From Cyanobacteriota bacterium (lineage in GTDB: Bacteria; Cyanobacteriota; Cyanobacteriia; PCC-6307; Cyanobiaceae): 64,000 bases of DNA. Below are positions 7,142-18,783 of this stretch, piece by piece. The position numbers and the translations under genes were made by a program. Numbering within the stretch: the stretch's first letter is position 1; each line of letters begins with the position of its first letter. Location: assembly GCA_046052125.1 (NCBI GenBank), contig JBJOMY010000005.1:1-64000 (forward strand), read 5' to 3'. The notes under the pieces were generated by a model. The model was not told where the DNA came from. It ran no database searches and worked only from the letters and a program-made list of their open reading frames with translations.

Positions 7142-9871
7142 TCAGTCCTGCCCGAGGCACTGCCCCACCACCTCACGGCTATTGGCCGAGAGCGTGGCGG
7201 CAGCCAACAGCTCGAGAGCTTCGCGCATGCGTGCACTCCGCTCTGGGCCGTAGCTCTGCCAGCGGCTGAACACCTTGGCCATGCGAGAGGCCGTGATCGG
7301 ATTGCGGCGATCAAGCGCTGCGATCTGCTCGGCCATGAAGCGATAGCCGCGGCCATCGAGGGCGTGGAACTGGGCCACGTTGCCCGCAAAGCCCCCGAGC
7401 ACGGCGCGGATCGAGTTGGGAGCAGCTGGATCAAAGCGCGGATGCTCCATCAGGGCCTGCACCCGGGCCACACCATCACCGAAGGGGGCTGAGGCCTGAA
7501 GGCCGAACCAGGCATCGAGGATCACCGGCTTGTCTTGCCAGCGGTCGTGGAAGGCCGCCATCGCCGCCTCCCGTTCAAGCGTGTCGTGGCACTGCAGGGC
7601 CCGCAGGCCGGCCCGCGCCAGGGTCATCGAAGGACCGCCCACCGCCGCTGCCGCTTCTGCGCGCACCCCCACATCGCCCGCCGCGGCGAGCCAGCTCCAG
7701 GCCGTGGAGGTGAGCGCCCGATCGCCGGCGCCATCCGGCCAGGCCAACAGCCACTGGGGGCGGCAGCGCTCGAGGGTGTGCTCCAGCGGCTCGGCCAACT
7801 CCTCACCGAAGCGGCGTTGCAACGCCAACAGGGCCTCAAACAGCGCCGGGGGATCGGACACGCCGTTCGCAGCGAGGGCGGCATCCTCCAGCTCCGGCAG
7901 GCCAGGCAGGGCAAGCAACATGCTGCGGTTGGCATCACAGAGGCCCACCTCCGCCAGGATCCGCTCAAAGGCGGCCACCAGGCCCTCCTCCAGTTCGTCG
8001 TTGGCGCATCCGGCGGCGCGTTCAAGGGCCGCCTGGCGCAGCAGCACCTGCCCGGCATCCCAGCGGGCGAAGGGCTCGCTATCGCAGGCGAGCAGGTGCA
8101 GCAACTCGTTGGTGGAACGCTCGATTTCGAGCTTCACCGGCGCCGAGAACCCCCGCAGCAGCGAGAGGGCCGGCGGATGGCTGTGGGGCTCGAGCCCCTC
8201 GATCTGGATCTGCTGCTCCGGCTGATCAATCACCACCAACCGGCTGGCCTCCCCCCAGGCGTGGGGGAGTTCAGCGGCCTTGGCCTCATGGCTGCTCTCG
8301 CCCTGCAAGCGCACCAGCAGCGGCTCACCGGCCTGGCCCACCAGACCAAGCACCAGCGGAATCACCACCGGCTCCTTCTGGGCTTGGCCAGGGGTCGGCG
8401 GAGTGCTCTGACGCACGCTCAGCCGCAAGCTGCCCTGCTCGCCATCCCAGTGGCGCTCGATCTGGAGCTGAGGGGTGCCGGCCTGGTGATACCAACGCCG
8501 GAACTGCTCGAAATCGAAGCGGGGCAGCGCGGCACCCTCAACCCAGGCCTGCTCGGCCGCATCCTGCATCGCCTGAACGAAGTCGTTACAGGTGGCGGCG
8601 GTGCCGTCGTGACGTCTCACGTAGAGCGCCATCCCCCGCATGAACAGCTCCTCACCCAGGAGGGTGTGAAGCACCCGAATAACTTCCGATCCCTTTTCGT
8701 AGATCGTGGTGGTGTAGAAGTTATCGATCGCCTGGTAGTGATCGGGCTGGATCGGGTGCGCCGTTGGTCCGGCATCTTCACGGAACTGGGTGTTGCGCAG
8801 CAGCGACACATCGTCGATCCGCTTCACTGCGGCCGAGTGGAGATCGGCGGTGAAACTGGCATCACGAAAGACGGTGAGCCCTTCTTTCAGCGAGAGCTGG
8901 AACCAATCGCGGCAGGTGATGCGATTGCCCGTCCAGTTGTGGAAATATTCATGGGCAATCACACTTTCGATACGCTCCAGCTCGGCATCGGTGGCCGTAG
9001 CCGCATCGGCTAGCACGAGCTTTGAATTGAAAATATTGAGGCTCTTGTTTTCCATCGCGCCCATATTGAAATGGCGCACCGCAACGATATTGAACTCATC
9101 CAGGTCGTATTCCAGGCCGTAGCGCTGCTCATCCCAGAGCATCGATCGCTTCAGCGACGCCATGGCGTGGGCGGTGTAGGGCGCATCGCCCGGCTCCACA
9201 TGCAGGCGCAGCTGCACCCGGCGGCCGCTGCGGGTGATGAACTGATCGTTCACCTCCTCCAGCTGACCAGCCACCAAGGCGAAGAGATAGGAAGGCTTCG
9301 GGAAGGGATCGTCCCAAACCGCAAAATGCCGCGGTGAAGGCTCTGCTCCCTCGCGATTGGGGGCTGGCGGCAACGCCCCGGTGTCCATGCAGTTGCCGTT
9401 GGAAAGCAGCACGGGGCAGCTGGCCTGATCCGCCTCAATCCGCACCCGAAAGCGGCTGAGTAGATCAGGGCGATCGGGATGAAAGGTGATGCGGCGAAAG
9501 CCCACCGCCTCGCACTGGCTGGTGACCATCCCGCCGCTCACATACAGCCCCTCGAGGCTGGTGTTGGTTTCGGGGTGGATGCACACCAGCGTGCGCAGAC
9601 GGAAAGGCCGAGCCGGCGGGTGCAGCAGCAGCAAACGATCCGCTTCCAGCTGGTAAGCACTGGCCTCGAGCGGCTGACCATCGAGCTCCAGCTCCCGCAA
9701 CTCCAGCTCCACCCCCCGCAGCTCCAGCGGCCCAGGCTCGGCGGCTGGGTTGGGCTCGAGCTGCAGGTCGGCCTCCACCAGGCTGTGGTCAGCAAACAGC
9801 TGCACCCGCAGGTTGGTGTGCGCGATCAGATACGGGGCCGGTTGGTAGTCGGCGAGGCGAACAGTGGCCAT
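7142..9871 (-). CDS. pepN: Aminopeptidase N (M1 family)
   Basis: GAMEN and HEYFH...LKEG motifs; DPFPKPSYLFALVAG; 909 aa. Confidence 0.97.
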   Translation of the reverse strand: MATVRLADYQPAPYLIAHTNLRVQLFADHSLVEADLQLEPNPAAEPGPLELRGVELELRELELDGQPLEASAYQLEADRLLLLHPPARPFRLRTLVCIHPETNTSLEGLYVSGGMVTSQCEAVGFRRITFHPDRPDLLSRFRVRIEADQASCPVLLSNGNCMDTGALPPAPNREGAEPSPRHFAVWDDPFPKPSYLFALVAGQLEEVNDQFITRSGRRVQLRLHVEPGDAPYTAHAMASLKRSMLWDEQRYGLEYDLDEFNIVAVRHFNMGAMENKSLNIFNSKLVLADAATATDAELERIESVIAHEYFHNWTGNRITCRDWFQLSLKEGLTVFRDASFTADLHSAAVKRIDDVSLLRNTQFREDAGPTAHPIQPDHYQAIDNFYTTTIYEKGSEVIRVLHTLLGEELFMRGMALYVRRHDGTAATCNDFVQAMQDAAEQAWVEGAALPRFDFEQFRRWYHQAGTPQLQIERHWDGEQGSLRLSVRQSTPPTPGQAQKEPVVIPLVLGLVGQAGEPLLVRLQGESSHEAKAAELPHAWGEASRLVVIDQPEQQIQIEGLEPHSHPPALSLLRGFSAPVKLEIERSTNELLHLLACDSEPFARWDAGQVLLRQAALERAAGCANDELEEGLVAAFERILAEVGLCDANRSMLLALPGLPELEDAALAANGVSDPPALFEALLALQRRFGEELAEPLEHTLERCRPQWLLAWPDGAGDRALTSTAWSWLAAAGDVGVRAEAAAAVGGPSMTLARAGLRALQCHDTLEREAAMAAFHDRWQDKPVILDAWFGLQASAPFGDGVARVQALMEHPRFDPAAPNSIRAVLGGFAGNVAQFHALDGRGYRFMAEQIAALDRRNPITASRMAKVFSRWQSYGPERSARMREALELLAAATLSANSREVVGQCLGQD

Positions 9872-9899
9872 GGCGGCGTTGCAGCTGCTCGGGGTGTGC

Positions 9900-10322
9900 T
9901 CAGGGTTTCTTGGCAGGGGCAGGCTTGGCCGCCGGTGCCGCGCTGCGGTTCTTCAGCACCTCATCCACTTTTTTGCGTACATCGGCAGGCACTTCGTCGG
10001 GGCACACCTCCACCGCACCGAGCACGGCGGAATTGATCGCACCTTTGCGCAACTCATCGAGCGAGAGCGGCTTCGGGCCCACCTGGGCGATCGCCCCTTC
10101 GTGCTGGCCCTGGATTACCTGGGCGATGGTTTCTCCGGCCACCGCCACCGCCTTATCGAACTCGATGCCGGCCGCCCGGGCAATGCACACATTGAGGGCA
10201 CCGATGCGGGTGTAGAGGCTCATATCGGCCTGCGAAGCAGGGGCAGCCACCGCAGCCAGGGGAGCCAGCAGCAGGGCCAGGGGGAGCAGCAGAAGGCCAA
10301 GGCGGCTTGCGGGGGAGCGCAC
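9900..10322 (-). CDS. Putative secreted hypothetical protein
   Basis: GTG start, signal peptide (LGLLLLPLALLLAPLAAVAA), two Cys, Ala/Pro/Lys tail. Confidence 0.7.
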   Translation of the reverse strand: MRSPASRLGLLLLPLALLLAPLAAVAAPASQADMSLYTRIGALNVCIARAAGIEFDKAVAVAGETIAQVIQGQHEGAIAQVGPKPLSLDELRKGAINSAVLGAVEVCPDEVPADVRKKVDEVLKNRSAAPAAKPAPAKKP

Positions 10323-10372
10323 GCGAAACAAGCGATGTGGGCTAATCCTGCTGCAAAACCAGCCGATCGCCA

Positions 10373-10957
10373 TCAGGCGTCGGCAGCCAGCGGCGGTCCA
10401 GCGGACTCCAGGCGGATCTCGTGGTGCATCTCCACCAGCTCCAGGTTGCCGTCGCACCAGGAGTAGATCGAGCGCGCCCGGAAACGGTCCTGATCCACCA
10501 AGCGGATGTGCTCAAGGATGTCCCACTGCTGATAGTGCGACTCGAACACCAGCTCGTGCTCGTCGGCCTGACGGATCTGGCTCTTGGTGGGGGAGCCACA
10601 GAGATAGCCGCGGCTGCGGCGCAACTGATGGCCGCAGAGGGAAGCGTCCATCGTGCCTTCGCGCACGTAGCGGGGCTTGATGTCGAAGAAGTCGTATTCC
10701 TTCTCAGGCCACCAGGTGAAGCGATAGCGCGGCTCCGATTCGGCCTGATCTTCAAAGGTCTGCACCCGCAGCAACATGTCGACGCGCAGCACTTCGTCGT
10801 CGGGGAAGAAATACTGACGGCGCGAGCGCCACAGGCCCAGGTTGCGGTTGAACCAACGGCGCAGGGTGGTATCGAGCTGGATGCGACTACCGCGGTTGCC
10901 AGGCGGCTGGGAGGCCACCGGATGGACACGTGTCGCGAGTTCTCGTGGGTGAGCCAC
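10373..10957 (-). CDS. CpcS/CpeS-like (phycobiliprotein lyase-like) beta-barrel protein
   Basis: WFNRNLGLWRSRRQYF resembles the F...S.G.W.S.R start of CpcS/CpeS; EHIRL...R.R; start uncertain. Confidence 0.55.
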   Translation of the reverse strand: MAHPRELATRVHPVASQPPGNRGSRIQLDTTLRRWFNRNLGLWRSRRQYFFPDDEVLRVDMLLRVQTFEDQAESEPRYRFTWWPEKEYDFFDIKPRYVREGTMDASLCGHQLRRSRGYLCGSPTKSQIRQADEHELVFESHYQQWDILEHIRLVDQDRFRARSIYSWCDGNLELVEMHHEIRLESAGPPLAADA

Positions 10958-11063
10958 GTCTTGCCTCAGGACAACGTCTCATCACAGTCGTCATAGCGAG
11001 GCAGGCACGGCCTGCCAAAGCTCAATAGGGTGAAAGCACAATTTCTGAAGAATCAGCGCGCCG

Positions 11064-12299
11064 GTGCCCGCTCCTGGGGAACAGCCCCCCGACGAGCCTC
11101 AACCCAACCGCTTCCCCTTCAGCGCCATGCCCCAATCGCGACAACGCGGGGAGCTGCGCAGGGGAGCAGGCCTTGCCCTGCCTGCTCATCTGGAACCGGA
11201 CAGCGCTCAGCGCCGGCACCTGAAACTGCTGCTGGTGGCAGCGCCCCATCACAGAGCCACCCCCGATCTTCGCGGCCTGGTGGCTTTTCTGGAACAGCAG
11301 GAGTTCGGCTTCGATGTGAGCCTGGAGATCGCCGACCCAGCCGAGCGACCCGAGCTTCTGGAGCTGCACCGCCTGGTGGCGACCCCGGCGCTGATCAAGC
11401 TGGAGCCATCCCCCCGGCAGGTGTTCGCCGGCAACACCCTGTTGCAGCAACTGCGCAACTGGTTGCCGCGCTGGCAGCAACTGGAGGTAGTGAGCGGCCT
11501 GGGCATCAGCCTGCGCCCGGCCGAAAGCGATGGCAGCCGCACCCAGCGGGAGCTGCAGCTTGAAGACCAGCTCCTGGTGCTGCGCCAGGAAAACGAAACC
11601 CTGATCGAGCGCCTACGGGTGCAGGAGCGGCTGCTGCGGATGGTGGCCCACGAGCTGCGCACCCCGCTCACCGCCTCGAAGCTGGCCCTACAAAGCCTCA
11701 ACCTGGGCCAGATCGATCAAACCCGCTTCCGCGATGTGCTCGGCCGGCGCCTGGACGACATCGAACAGCTCTCCAAGGATCTGCTGGAGGTGGGAACCAC
11801 GCGCTGGGAAGCGCTGTTCAATCCCCAGCGCCTCGCCCTGGGGCCGGTGGCTGCCGAAGCGATCTTGGAGCTGGAGAAGCTGTGGGTGGGCCGCGGGCTG
11901 GAGCTGATCACCGACATCCCCACCGATCTGCCGGATGTGTTTGCCGATCAGCGGCGCATGCGGCAGGTGCTGCTCAACCTGCTCGAGAACGCCTTCAAGT
12001 TCACCCCCGATGGCGGCCAGGTGAGCCTCACGATCCTGCACCGCACCAGCCAGTGGCTGCAGGTGAGCGTGTGTGACTCGGGGCCCGGCATTCCGCGCGA
12101 CGAACAGGAGCGGATCTTCCTGGAGCGGGTGCGGCTGCCGCAAACCTCCTCCAACACCTCCGGATTCGGAGTAGGCCTTTCGGTGTGCCGCCGCATCACC
12201 GAAGTGCACGGCGGCCGCATCTGGGTGGTGTCCGAACCCGATGAAGGGGCCTGCTTCCACTTCACGGTGCCGGTCTGGGACGGCCAAAGCGCCGCCTGA
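11064..12299 (+). CDS. sasA: Adaptive-response sensory histidine kinase SasA (KaiB-like + HisKA + HATPase)
   Basis: KaiB-like [53 protein letters not shown]; true start may be ATG 11127 or later. Confidence 0.9.
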   Translation: MPAPGEQPPDEPQPNRFPFSAMPQSRQRGELRRGAGLALPAHLEPDSAQRRHLKLLLVAAPHHRATPDLRGLVAFLEQQEFGFDVSLEIADPAERPELLELHRLVATPALIKLEPSPRQVFAGNTLLQQLRNWLPRWQQLEVVSGLGISLRPAESDGSRTQRELQLEDQLLVLRQENETLIERLRVQERLLRMVAHELRTPLTASKLALQSLNLGQIDQTRFRDVLGRRLDDIEQLSKDLLEVGTTRWEALFNPQRLALGPVAAEAILELEKLWVGRGLELITDIPTDLPDVFADQRRMRQVLLNLLENAFKFTPDGGQVSLTILHRTSQWLQVSVCDSGPGIPRDEQERIFLERVRLPQTSSNTSGFGVGLSVCRRITEVHGGRIWVVSEPDEGACFHFTVPVWDGQSAA

Positions 12300-12329
12300 T
12301 TGACGAAGGGCACCTCAGGCCCGTAATTT
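12300..12329 (+). promoter_or_regulatory. Candidate sigma70 promoter for tRNA-Glu
   Basis: TTGACG-18 nt-TAATTT about 70 nt upstream of the tRNA. Confidence 0.45.
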
Positions 12330-12399
12330 CACTGCATCGGAGGCGCGGCTGAGAAGCCAAGCAGCGCAAGGGCAGCAGTCCTTGGAGTTCCGAGTCCTA

Positions 12400-12472
12400 G
12401 CCCCCATCGTCTAGAGGCCTAGGACACCTCCCTTTCACGGAGGCGACAGGGGTTCGAATCCCCTTGGGGGTA
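12400..12472 (+). tRNA. trnE: tRNA-Glu(TTC)
   Basis: GCCCCCATCGTCTAGAGGCCTAGGACACCTCCCTTTCACGGAGGCGACAGGGGTTCGAATCCCCTTGGGGGTA; cloverleaf, anticodon TTC, GTTCGAATC T-loop. Confidence 0.98.
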
Positions 12473-12482
12473 TCCAAAAGAG

Positions 12483-12504
12483 GCGGCCGCAAGGCCGCTT
12501 TTTT
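12483..12504 (+). terminator. Intrinsic terminator after tRNA-Glu
   Basis: GCGGCC-GCAA-GGCCGC followed by T6; A-run upstream suggests bidirectional use. Confidence 0.85.
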
Positions 12505-12517
12505 GTTGCCTCAGCGC

Positions 12518-13117
12518 TCAGTGGGCTGCCGCTAGGGCATCAGCGCGGCGCTTGGCTTCCTGCTGCACGGCGCGCAGGTTGGCGGCCAGGTCTTCCCGCA
12601 GCCGCTGCTCAATCAGAGCGATCGGCATGCCCACACAGCCCTGCACGGTGAGTTCATAAAGAAGGGTGGTGGATCCGCCCTCGACACCGATCTGCCAGGC
12701 CCCTTCAAAGCGGCGGAAATCGCCCTTGGCCATCACAAAGGAGAGGCGGTGCTGCTCTAGGTGTTCAGTGAGCTCCAGCTGCACGCGGGCCTTGAAGCGC
12801 ATGCCCATGAAGGTCTGTGCCCCCTCCTGCTCGAGGCCCACCACGTTGGCCCGGCGCCAGAGCAGCCTGGAGCTCTGGAGGTTGGGGATGAAGCGGCTGA
12901 GGCTGTCGTAATCGGTGAGCACCGCCCAGATCCACTCTGGGGGGAGGTTGAGCCTGAGCTGCACGGCCAGCCGGCGGGTGCCGCCGGGCAGACGCTCCAT
13001 CTCCTGCTGGATCGTGTCGAGCGCACAGGCATCAGCCTGCGACTGATCAGCGCCTGCAAAGGATGCCGTGAGCTGCGACAGAGGCAAACCGGCTTGATCA
13101 AGCTTTCGGCGCAACAA
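12518..13117 (-). CDS. SRPBCC / polyketide cyclase-dehydrase family protein
   Basis: IWAVLTDYDSLSRFIPNL, GDFRRFEGAW; start uncertain. Confidence 0.85.
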   Translation of the reverse strand: MLRRKLDQAGLPLSQLTASFAGADQSQADACALDTIQQEMERLPGGTRRLAVQLRLNLPPEWIWAVLTDYDSLSRFIPNLQSSRLLWRRANVVGLEQEGAQTFMGMRFKARVQLELTEHLEQHRLSFVMAKGDFRRFEGAWQIGVEGGSTTLLYELTVQGCVGMPIALIEQRLREDLAANLRAVQQEAKRRADALAAAH

Positions 13118-13151
13118 CTTAACGCCCTTCAGCGGATGCGGGCAGATTCCC

Positions 13152-14365
<1,214 letters not shown>

Positions 14366-14390
14366 GCTCTGGCTCGGTCAGCACCTCTGC

Positions 14391-14418
14391 AAAAGCCCGC
14401 CATCAGGCGGGCTTTTTT
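14391..14418 (+). terminator. Intrinsic terminator after petH
   Basis: AAAAGCCCGCC-ATCA-GGCGGGCTTTTTT. Confidence 0.88.
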
Positions 14419-14479
14419 GTTGCCAACCCATGCGCTCTGGGTGCGGGGTCGTTAAACCTGGTGCACGCGAGTGTTGTGC

Positions 14480-16003
14480 ATGGCGGCCACCCAGACCAAT
14501 CCCCTGCGCGTTGGCCTGCGTCAGGAGCGGGTGATTTCCCCGCAGTGCCTGGTGATTTTTGGTGCCAGCGGTGATCTCACCCACCGCAAGCTGATTCCGG
14601 CCCTGTTCGAGCTGTTCAAGCAACGGCGGCTACCCACGGAATTCTCCGTGCTGGGTTGTGCGCGTCGCCCCTGGAGCGACGACGACTTCCGCAACCGCAT
14701 GGCCGAAGCGATGGCCGATGAGGTGAAGCAGCACCAAAGCGCCTGGCAGCAATTTGCCGCCTGCTTGTTCTACGAACCCGTCGACCTGCAGCAGGACGAG
14801 GACGTGGTGCGCCTCGGCAGCCGCCTGGAGGCCCTCGACCGGCAACGGGCCACCCGCGGTAACCGGACCTTCTATCTCTCAGTGTCGCCGGCGTTCTATG
14901 GCAGCGGCTGCCGGGCCTTGGCTAACGCCGGCCTGCTCAAGGATCCATCCCGCAGCCGGGTGGTGATCGAGAAACCCTTCGGCACCGACTACAGCAGCGC
15001 CCAATCACTCAACCGGGTGGTGCAGAGCTGCGGCCAGGAGTCGCAGATCTTCCGCATCGACCACTACCTGGGCAAGGAAACAGTCCAGAACATCCTGGTG
15101 CTGCGCTTTGCCAACGCGATTTTCGAGCCGATCTGGAACCGCAACTACATCGCCAACGTGCAGATCACGGCAGCGGAAACCGTGGGTGTGGAGGAGCGGG
15201 CCGGCTACTACGAAACCAGCGGTGCCTTGCGGGACATGGTGCAGAACCACCTCACGCAGATGCTGGCGCTCACCGCCATGGAAACCCCGGGCCACTTCGA
15301 TCCCGAATCGATCCGCAGCGAGAAGGCCAAGGTGCTGCAGGCCGCTCGCCTGGCCAATGAAGACGAACCCTGGAAGTGCTGCGTGCGCGGCCAATACAGC
15401 CGTGGCGGCAACCCGGCCAATCCGATGGCGGGCTACCGGGAGGAGCCGGGGGTGAATCCCAACAGCACCACCGAAACCTATGTGGCGATGAAGCTGTTCA
15501 TCGACAACTGGCGCTGGCAGGGGGTGCCCTTCTACCTCCGCACCGGCAAACGCCTACCCAAACGGCTCTCGGAGGTGGTGCTCACCTTCCGCAAAGCTCC
15601 GGTGCAGCTGTTCGATGCAGCCGGCGGCACCCCCACCGCCAACCAGCTGGTGCTGCGCATCCAGCCCGATGAGGGCGCCGGCTTCGTGTTCGACGTGAAG
15701 GCCCCCGGGTCCGGCATGCGCAGCCGGCCGGTGGACATGCACTTCAGTTACGACGAGAGCTTCGGCGAACCCTCCGATGAGGGCTATGTGCGCCTGCTGG
15801 CCGACGCCATGCTCGGCGATCCCACCCTGTTCACCCGCAGCGATGAGGTGGAAGCGGCCTGGCGGCTCTACACCCCCCTGCTGGAGCTGATCGAAGACGC
15901 ACCGCAGCAGCTGCCGGTGTACCCCTACGAAGCCCGCACCTGGGGGCCCGGTGCCGCCGACAACCTGCTGGCCGAGGACGGCCTGATGTGGCGTCGCCCC
16001 TGA
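14480..16003 (+). CDS. zwf: Glucose-6-phosphate dehydrogenase
   Basis: GASGDL, EKPFG, RIDHYLGKE, WQGVPFYLRTGKRL. Confidence 0.98.
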   Translation: MAATQTNPLRVGLRQERVISPQCLVIFGASGDLTHRKLIPALFELFKQRRLPTEFSVLGCARRPWSDDDFRNRMAEAMADEVKQHQSAWQQFAACLFYEPVDLQQDEDVVRLGSRLEALDRQRATRGNRTFYLSVSPAFYGSGCRALANAGLLKDPSRSRVVIEKPFGTDYSSAQSLNRVVQSCGQESQIFRIDHYLGKETVQNILVLRFANAIFEPIWNRNYIANVQITAAETVGVEERAGYYETSGALRDMVQNHLTQMLALTAMETPGHFDPESIRSEKAKVLQAARLANEDEPWKCCVRGQYSRGGNPANPMAGYREEPGVNPNSTTETYVAMKLFIDNWRWQGVPFYLRTGKRLPKRLSEVVLTFRKAPVQLFDAAGGTPTANQLVLRIQPDEGAGFVFDVKAPGSGMRSRPVDMHFSYDESFGEPSDEGYVRLLADAMLGDPTLFTRSDEVEAAWRLYTPLLELIEDAPQQLPVYPYEARTWGPGAADNLLAEDGLMWRRP

Positions 16004-16059
16004 TCGCTCCCTGATCGTTTCCCAACTGACTTCGCTTCACCTCCGCCGCCGCAAACGCC

Positions 16060-17364
16060 ATGGCTCCCCAGCTCACCCTGCAGGCCCCGCTCCAGCTCCC
16101 CCCCAATGAGGTGCCGGCCTATCTCAACCGGCTCTGGAGCGATCACCTCAAAGACTCCAGCGGCGCCGCCACCTTCACGCTCGTGGTGTGGGAGCCCTCG
16201 TGGCTGCAGCAGCAGCTGATCCGCACCGGCCGCATCGATGGGCCGATCACGGGCCTTCTCAACGGCCAACTGCTGGATGCCGCGCGCCAGGCGATCGGCG
16301 AACTGGGGCTCCCCGCCAGCACCGCACCCACCGCACCGGAACTGGCCTGGGCCCTGGGGCAGCAGCCGGGCAGCCATGAGGCGGAAGACCTGCGCGGCCA
16401 ATTTGTCGATCGCGCCATCAGCGCCCACCAGCCCCGCCGGCTGATCACGCTGGCGCCCACCCTGGCGGGCGATCAAAACCTGGAATCCACGGTGGCGGCC
16501 TACTGCCCGCTGCCGGAAGAGCGCGGCATGACGGCCGATGCCTGCGGCGATGTGGTGGTGCTGCGCGGTGGCATGGGAGCCATGCAGCAGGGCTTGGCGA
16601 TGCTGCAGGAGCTGATCCCAGACGATCTGCCCTGCTGGGTGTGGTGGAACGGCACGATGGACGAATCACCGGAGCTGCTGGACGCGCTGGCGGTGCCGCC
16701 ACGCCGGCTGGTGGTGGATAGCTCCATCGGTGAGCCTCGCCGCTGCCTCGACCTGATGGTGCAGCGGATCGAGCGGGGCCAGGCGGTGAACGACCTCAAC
16801 TGGCTGCGGCTGCGCACCTGGCGTGAATCGCTTGCGATGGTGTTCGACCCCCCCAATCGCCAGAGCGCGCTCGAGCAGGTGGTGCAGCTCGATATCGACG
16901 TGGAGGGCCAACACCCGGTGAAGGGCCTGATGTTGGCGGCCTGGATCGCCGATCGCCTCGGCTGGCACCTGCTGAACAACTTTTGGATTGATGGCGGCGC
17001 CGGCGATGGGCGCGGCATCGGCGCCGAGTTTCAGCGCAAAGACGGCCAGAGCGTGCAGTTCCGCTTGATGCCCGTGCCGGTGGGAGTGAGCAAGATGCAC
17101 CCCGGTGCCTTGGTGGGCTTGCGGCTGATCTGTGCCCCGCCCGAGCGCTCGCCGCTCTGCGTGATCCTCTGCTCCGAATCGGGCGGCTGCATGCGGCTGG
17201 AGGCCGGGGGTGTGGCCTCGATGGAGCTCGCCGAAGAGGTGGTGCCCCTGCCCAACGAAAGCGAGGAGATGGAGATGGCCCGGCTGCTGGGGGGTGGACA
17301 CGACAGCACCAACCCTCTGCTGGCCACCGCCGCGGCCCTGGCTGCCAAGCTTCTGCCCAACTGA
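16060..17364 (+). CDS. opcA: G6PDH assembly/allosteric protein OpcA
   Basis: Directly after zwf; AAYCP, WVWWNG, DLNWLRLRTW, AAWIADRLGW. Confidence 0.93.
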   Translation: MAPQLTLQAPLQLPPNEVPAYLNRLWSDHLKDSSGAATFTLVVWEPSWLQQQLIRTGRIDGPITGLLNGQLLDAARQAIGELGLPASTAPTAPELAWALGQQPGSHEAEDLRGQFVDRAISAHQPRRLITLAPTLAGDQNLESTVAAYCPLPEERGMTADACGDVVVLRGGMGAMQQGLAMLQELIPDDLPCWVWWNGTMDESPELLDALAVPPRRLVVDSSIGEPRRCLDLMVQRIERGQAVNDLNWLRLRTWRESLAMVFDPPNRQSALEQVVQLDIDVEGQHPVKGLMLAAWIADRLGWHLLNNFWIDGGAGDGRGIGAEFQRKDGQSVQFRLMPVPVGVSKMHPGALVGLRLICAPPERSPLCVILCSESGGCMRLEAGGVASMELAEEVVPLPNESEEMEMARLLGGGHDSTNPLLATAAALAAKLLPN

Positions 17365-17395
17365 TCTGCGGCCCCAGGCCGACCGCCCCCGCCCC

Positions 17396-18778
17396 ATGCC
17401 CTGCCTGATCGCCGCCCCGGCCAGCGGCAGCGGCAAAACCCTGGTAAGCCTGGCGCTCACCGCCCTGGCCCAGCGCCGGGGCCGCAGCATCCAAACCTTC
17501 AAGGTGGGGCCCGACTACCTCGACCCGCAGCTGCTCAGTGCCGCCAGCGGCCGCCCCTGCCGCAACCTGGATCCGCTGCTCTGCGGTGAGGCCTGGGTGC
17601 AGGCCAGCTTCCAGCAGCACGGCAGCGCCGCCGAGCTGAGCCTGGTGGAAGGGGTGATGGGCCTCTTCGATGGCCGCGGGCCCAGCAGCGAAGGCAGCTC
17701 CGCCCATGTGGCCCAACTGCTCAAGCTGCCGGTGGTGCTGGTGGTGGAAGCGAGCCGGCAGGCGGGCTCCGTGGCGGCGCTGGTGCGCGGCTTTCGCGAT
17801 CACCAGAGCGGGCTTCAGCTGGCCGGTGTGGTGCTGAACGGAGTGGGCAGCGAGCGTCACCACGCCCTGCTGGCGGAAGCCCTGGCCTCGATCGCCATGC
17901 CCCTGCTGGGCGCTCTGCCTCGCCACAACAGCCTGGAGCTCCCCTCCCGGCACCTGGGCCTACTGCCTGCCCATGAACTGGCGGATTTAACGGAACGGCA
18001 AGGGGCCTGGGCCGATCTGGCGGAGCGGCATCTCAACCTGGAGCAGCTCTGGCCCTTGCTCGTGGCACCCGCTGCCCACGCGGAGCAGGCCGCGCATGCG
18101 GATGCTCCAGCCCAGCCGGCCGGCCAGGCCAGTGCCCGCATCGCCATCGCCAGCGATGCCGCCTTTCATTTCCGCTATCCCGAGGCGGCAGAACTGCTCG
18201 CCGGCCATGGGATGGACGTGCAGAGCTGGTCGCCCCTGGCCGATGAACCGCTGCCTCAGGGCTGCCAGGCGATCGTGCTGCCGGGCGGCTACCCGGAGCT
18301 GCACGCCGAACAGTTGGCCGCCAGCCGCCGCAGCCTGCAGGAGTTGCAACGCGCCCATCAGGCAGGGATACCCATCTATGCCGAATGCGGCGGACTGTTG
18401 CTGCTGGGCCAGAGGCTCAGCGATGCCGAAGGGCGCTCGCACGCCATGGCGGGGCTGCTGCCCTTCAGTGCCCAGCGCGGACCATTGAGCCTCGGATACC
18501 GCACCGCTACAGCACGGCAGAACGGGCTGGTGCTGCAGGCAGGTGAGCAGGTGTGCGGCCACGAATTCCATCGCTGGCAACTGCAGGGGCCGATGGCCGA
18601 AACCGAACAGCTGTGGCAGCTTGAGGGCTGGGGCTCCCCAGCTCGCCCCGAGGGCTGGAGCCGCCCACAGCTCCACGCCAGTTGGCTGCACCTGCACTGG
18701 GGCGGCTGCCCCTTCATCCCGCAGCGATTGGCTGAGGCGGCGCGGCGGGCATCCCCTCTGCCTTCGCTGCCGCACTGA
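17396..18778 (+). CDS. cobB: Cobyrinate a,c-diamide synthase
   Basis: SGSGKT, FKVGPDYLDP, EGVMGLFDG, PGGYPE, YAECGG, GHEFH. Confidence 0.95.
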   Translation: MPCLIAAPASGSGKTLVSLALTALAQRRGRSIQTFKVGPDYLDPQLLSAASGRPCRNLDPLLCGEAWVQASFQQHGSAAELSLVEGVMGLFDGRGPSSEGSSAHVAQLLKLPVVLVVEASRQAGSVAALVRGFRDHQSGLQLAGVVLNGVGSERHHALLAEALASIAMPLLGALPRHNSLELPSRHLGLLPAHELADLTERQGAWADLAERHLNLEQLWPLLVAPAAHAEQAAHADAPAQPAGQASARIAIASDAAFHFRYPEAAELLAGHGMDVQSWSPLADEPLPQGCQAIVLPGGYPELHAEQLAASRRSLQELQRAHQAGIPIYAECGGLLLLGQRLSDAEGRSHAMAGLLPFSAQRGPLSLGYRTATARQNGLVLQAGEQVCGHEFHRWQLQGPMAETEQLWQLEGWGSPARPEGWSRPQLHASWLHLHWGGCPFIPQRLAEAARRASPLPSLPH

Positions 18779-18783
18779 CCCCC

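Noticed and set aside
7535..9013. Long antisense ORFs (also 13151-14350, 20765-22225, 42573-43709, 53576-54775, 61465-63090)
   Set aside because: Opposite-strand mirrors of well-supported genes; expected in high-GC DNA with biased codon usage.
12400..12510. tRNA-Glu as a possible integration site
   Set aside because: No integrase and no duplicated tRNA 3' end seen; flanked by core genes.
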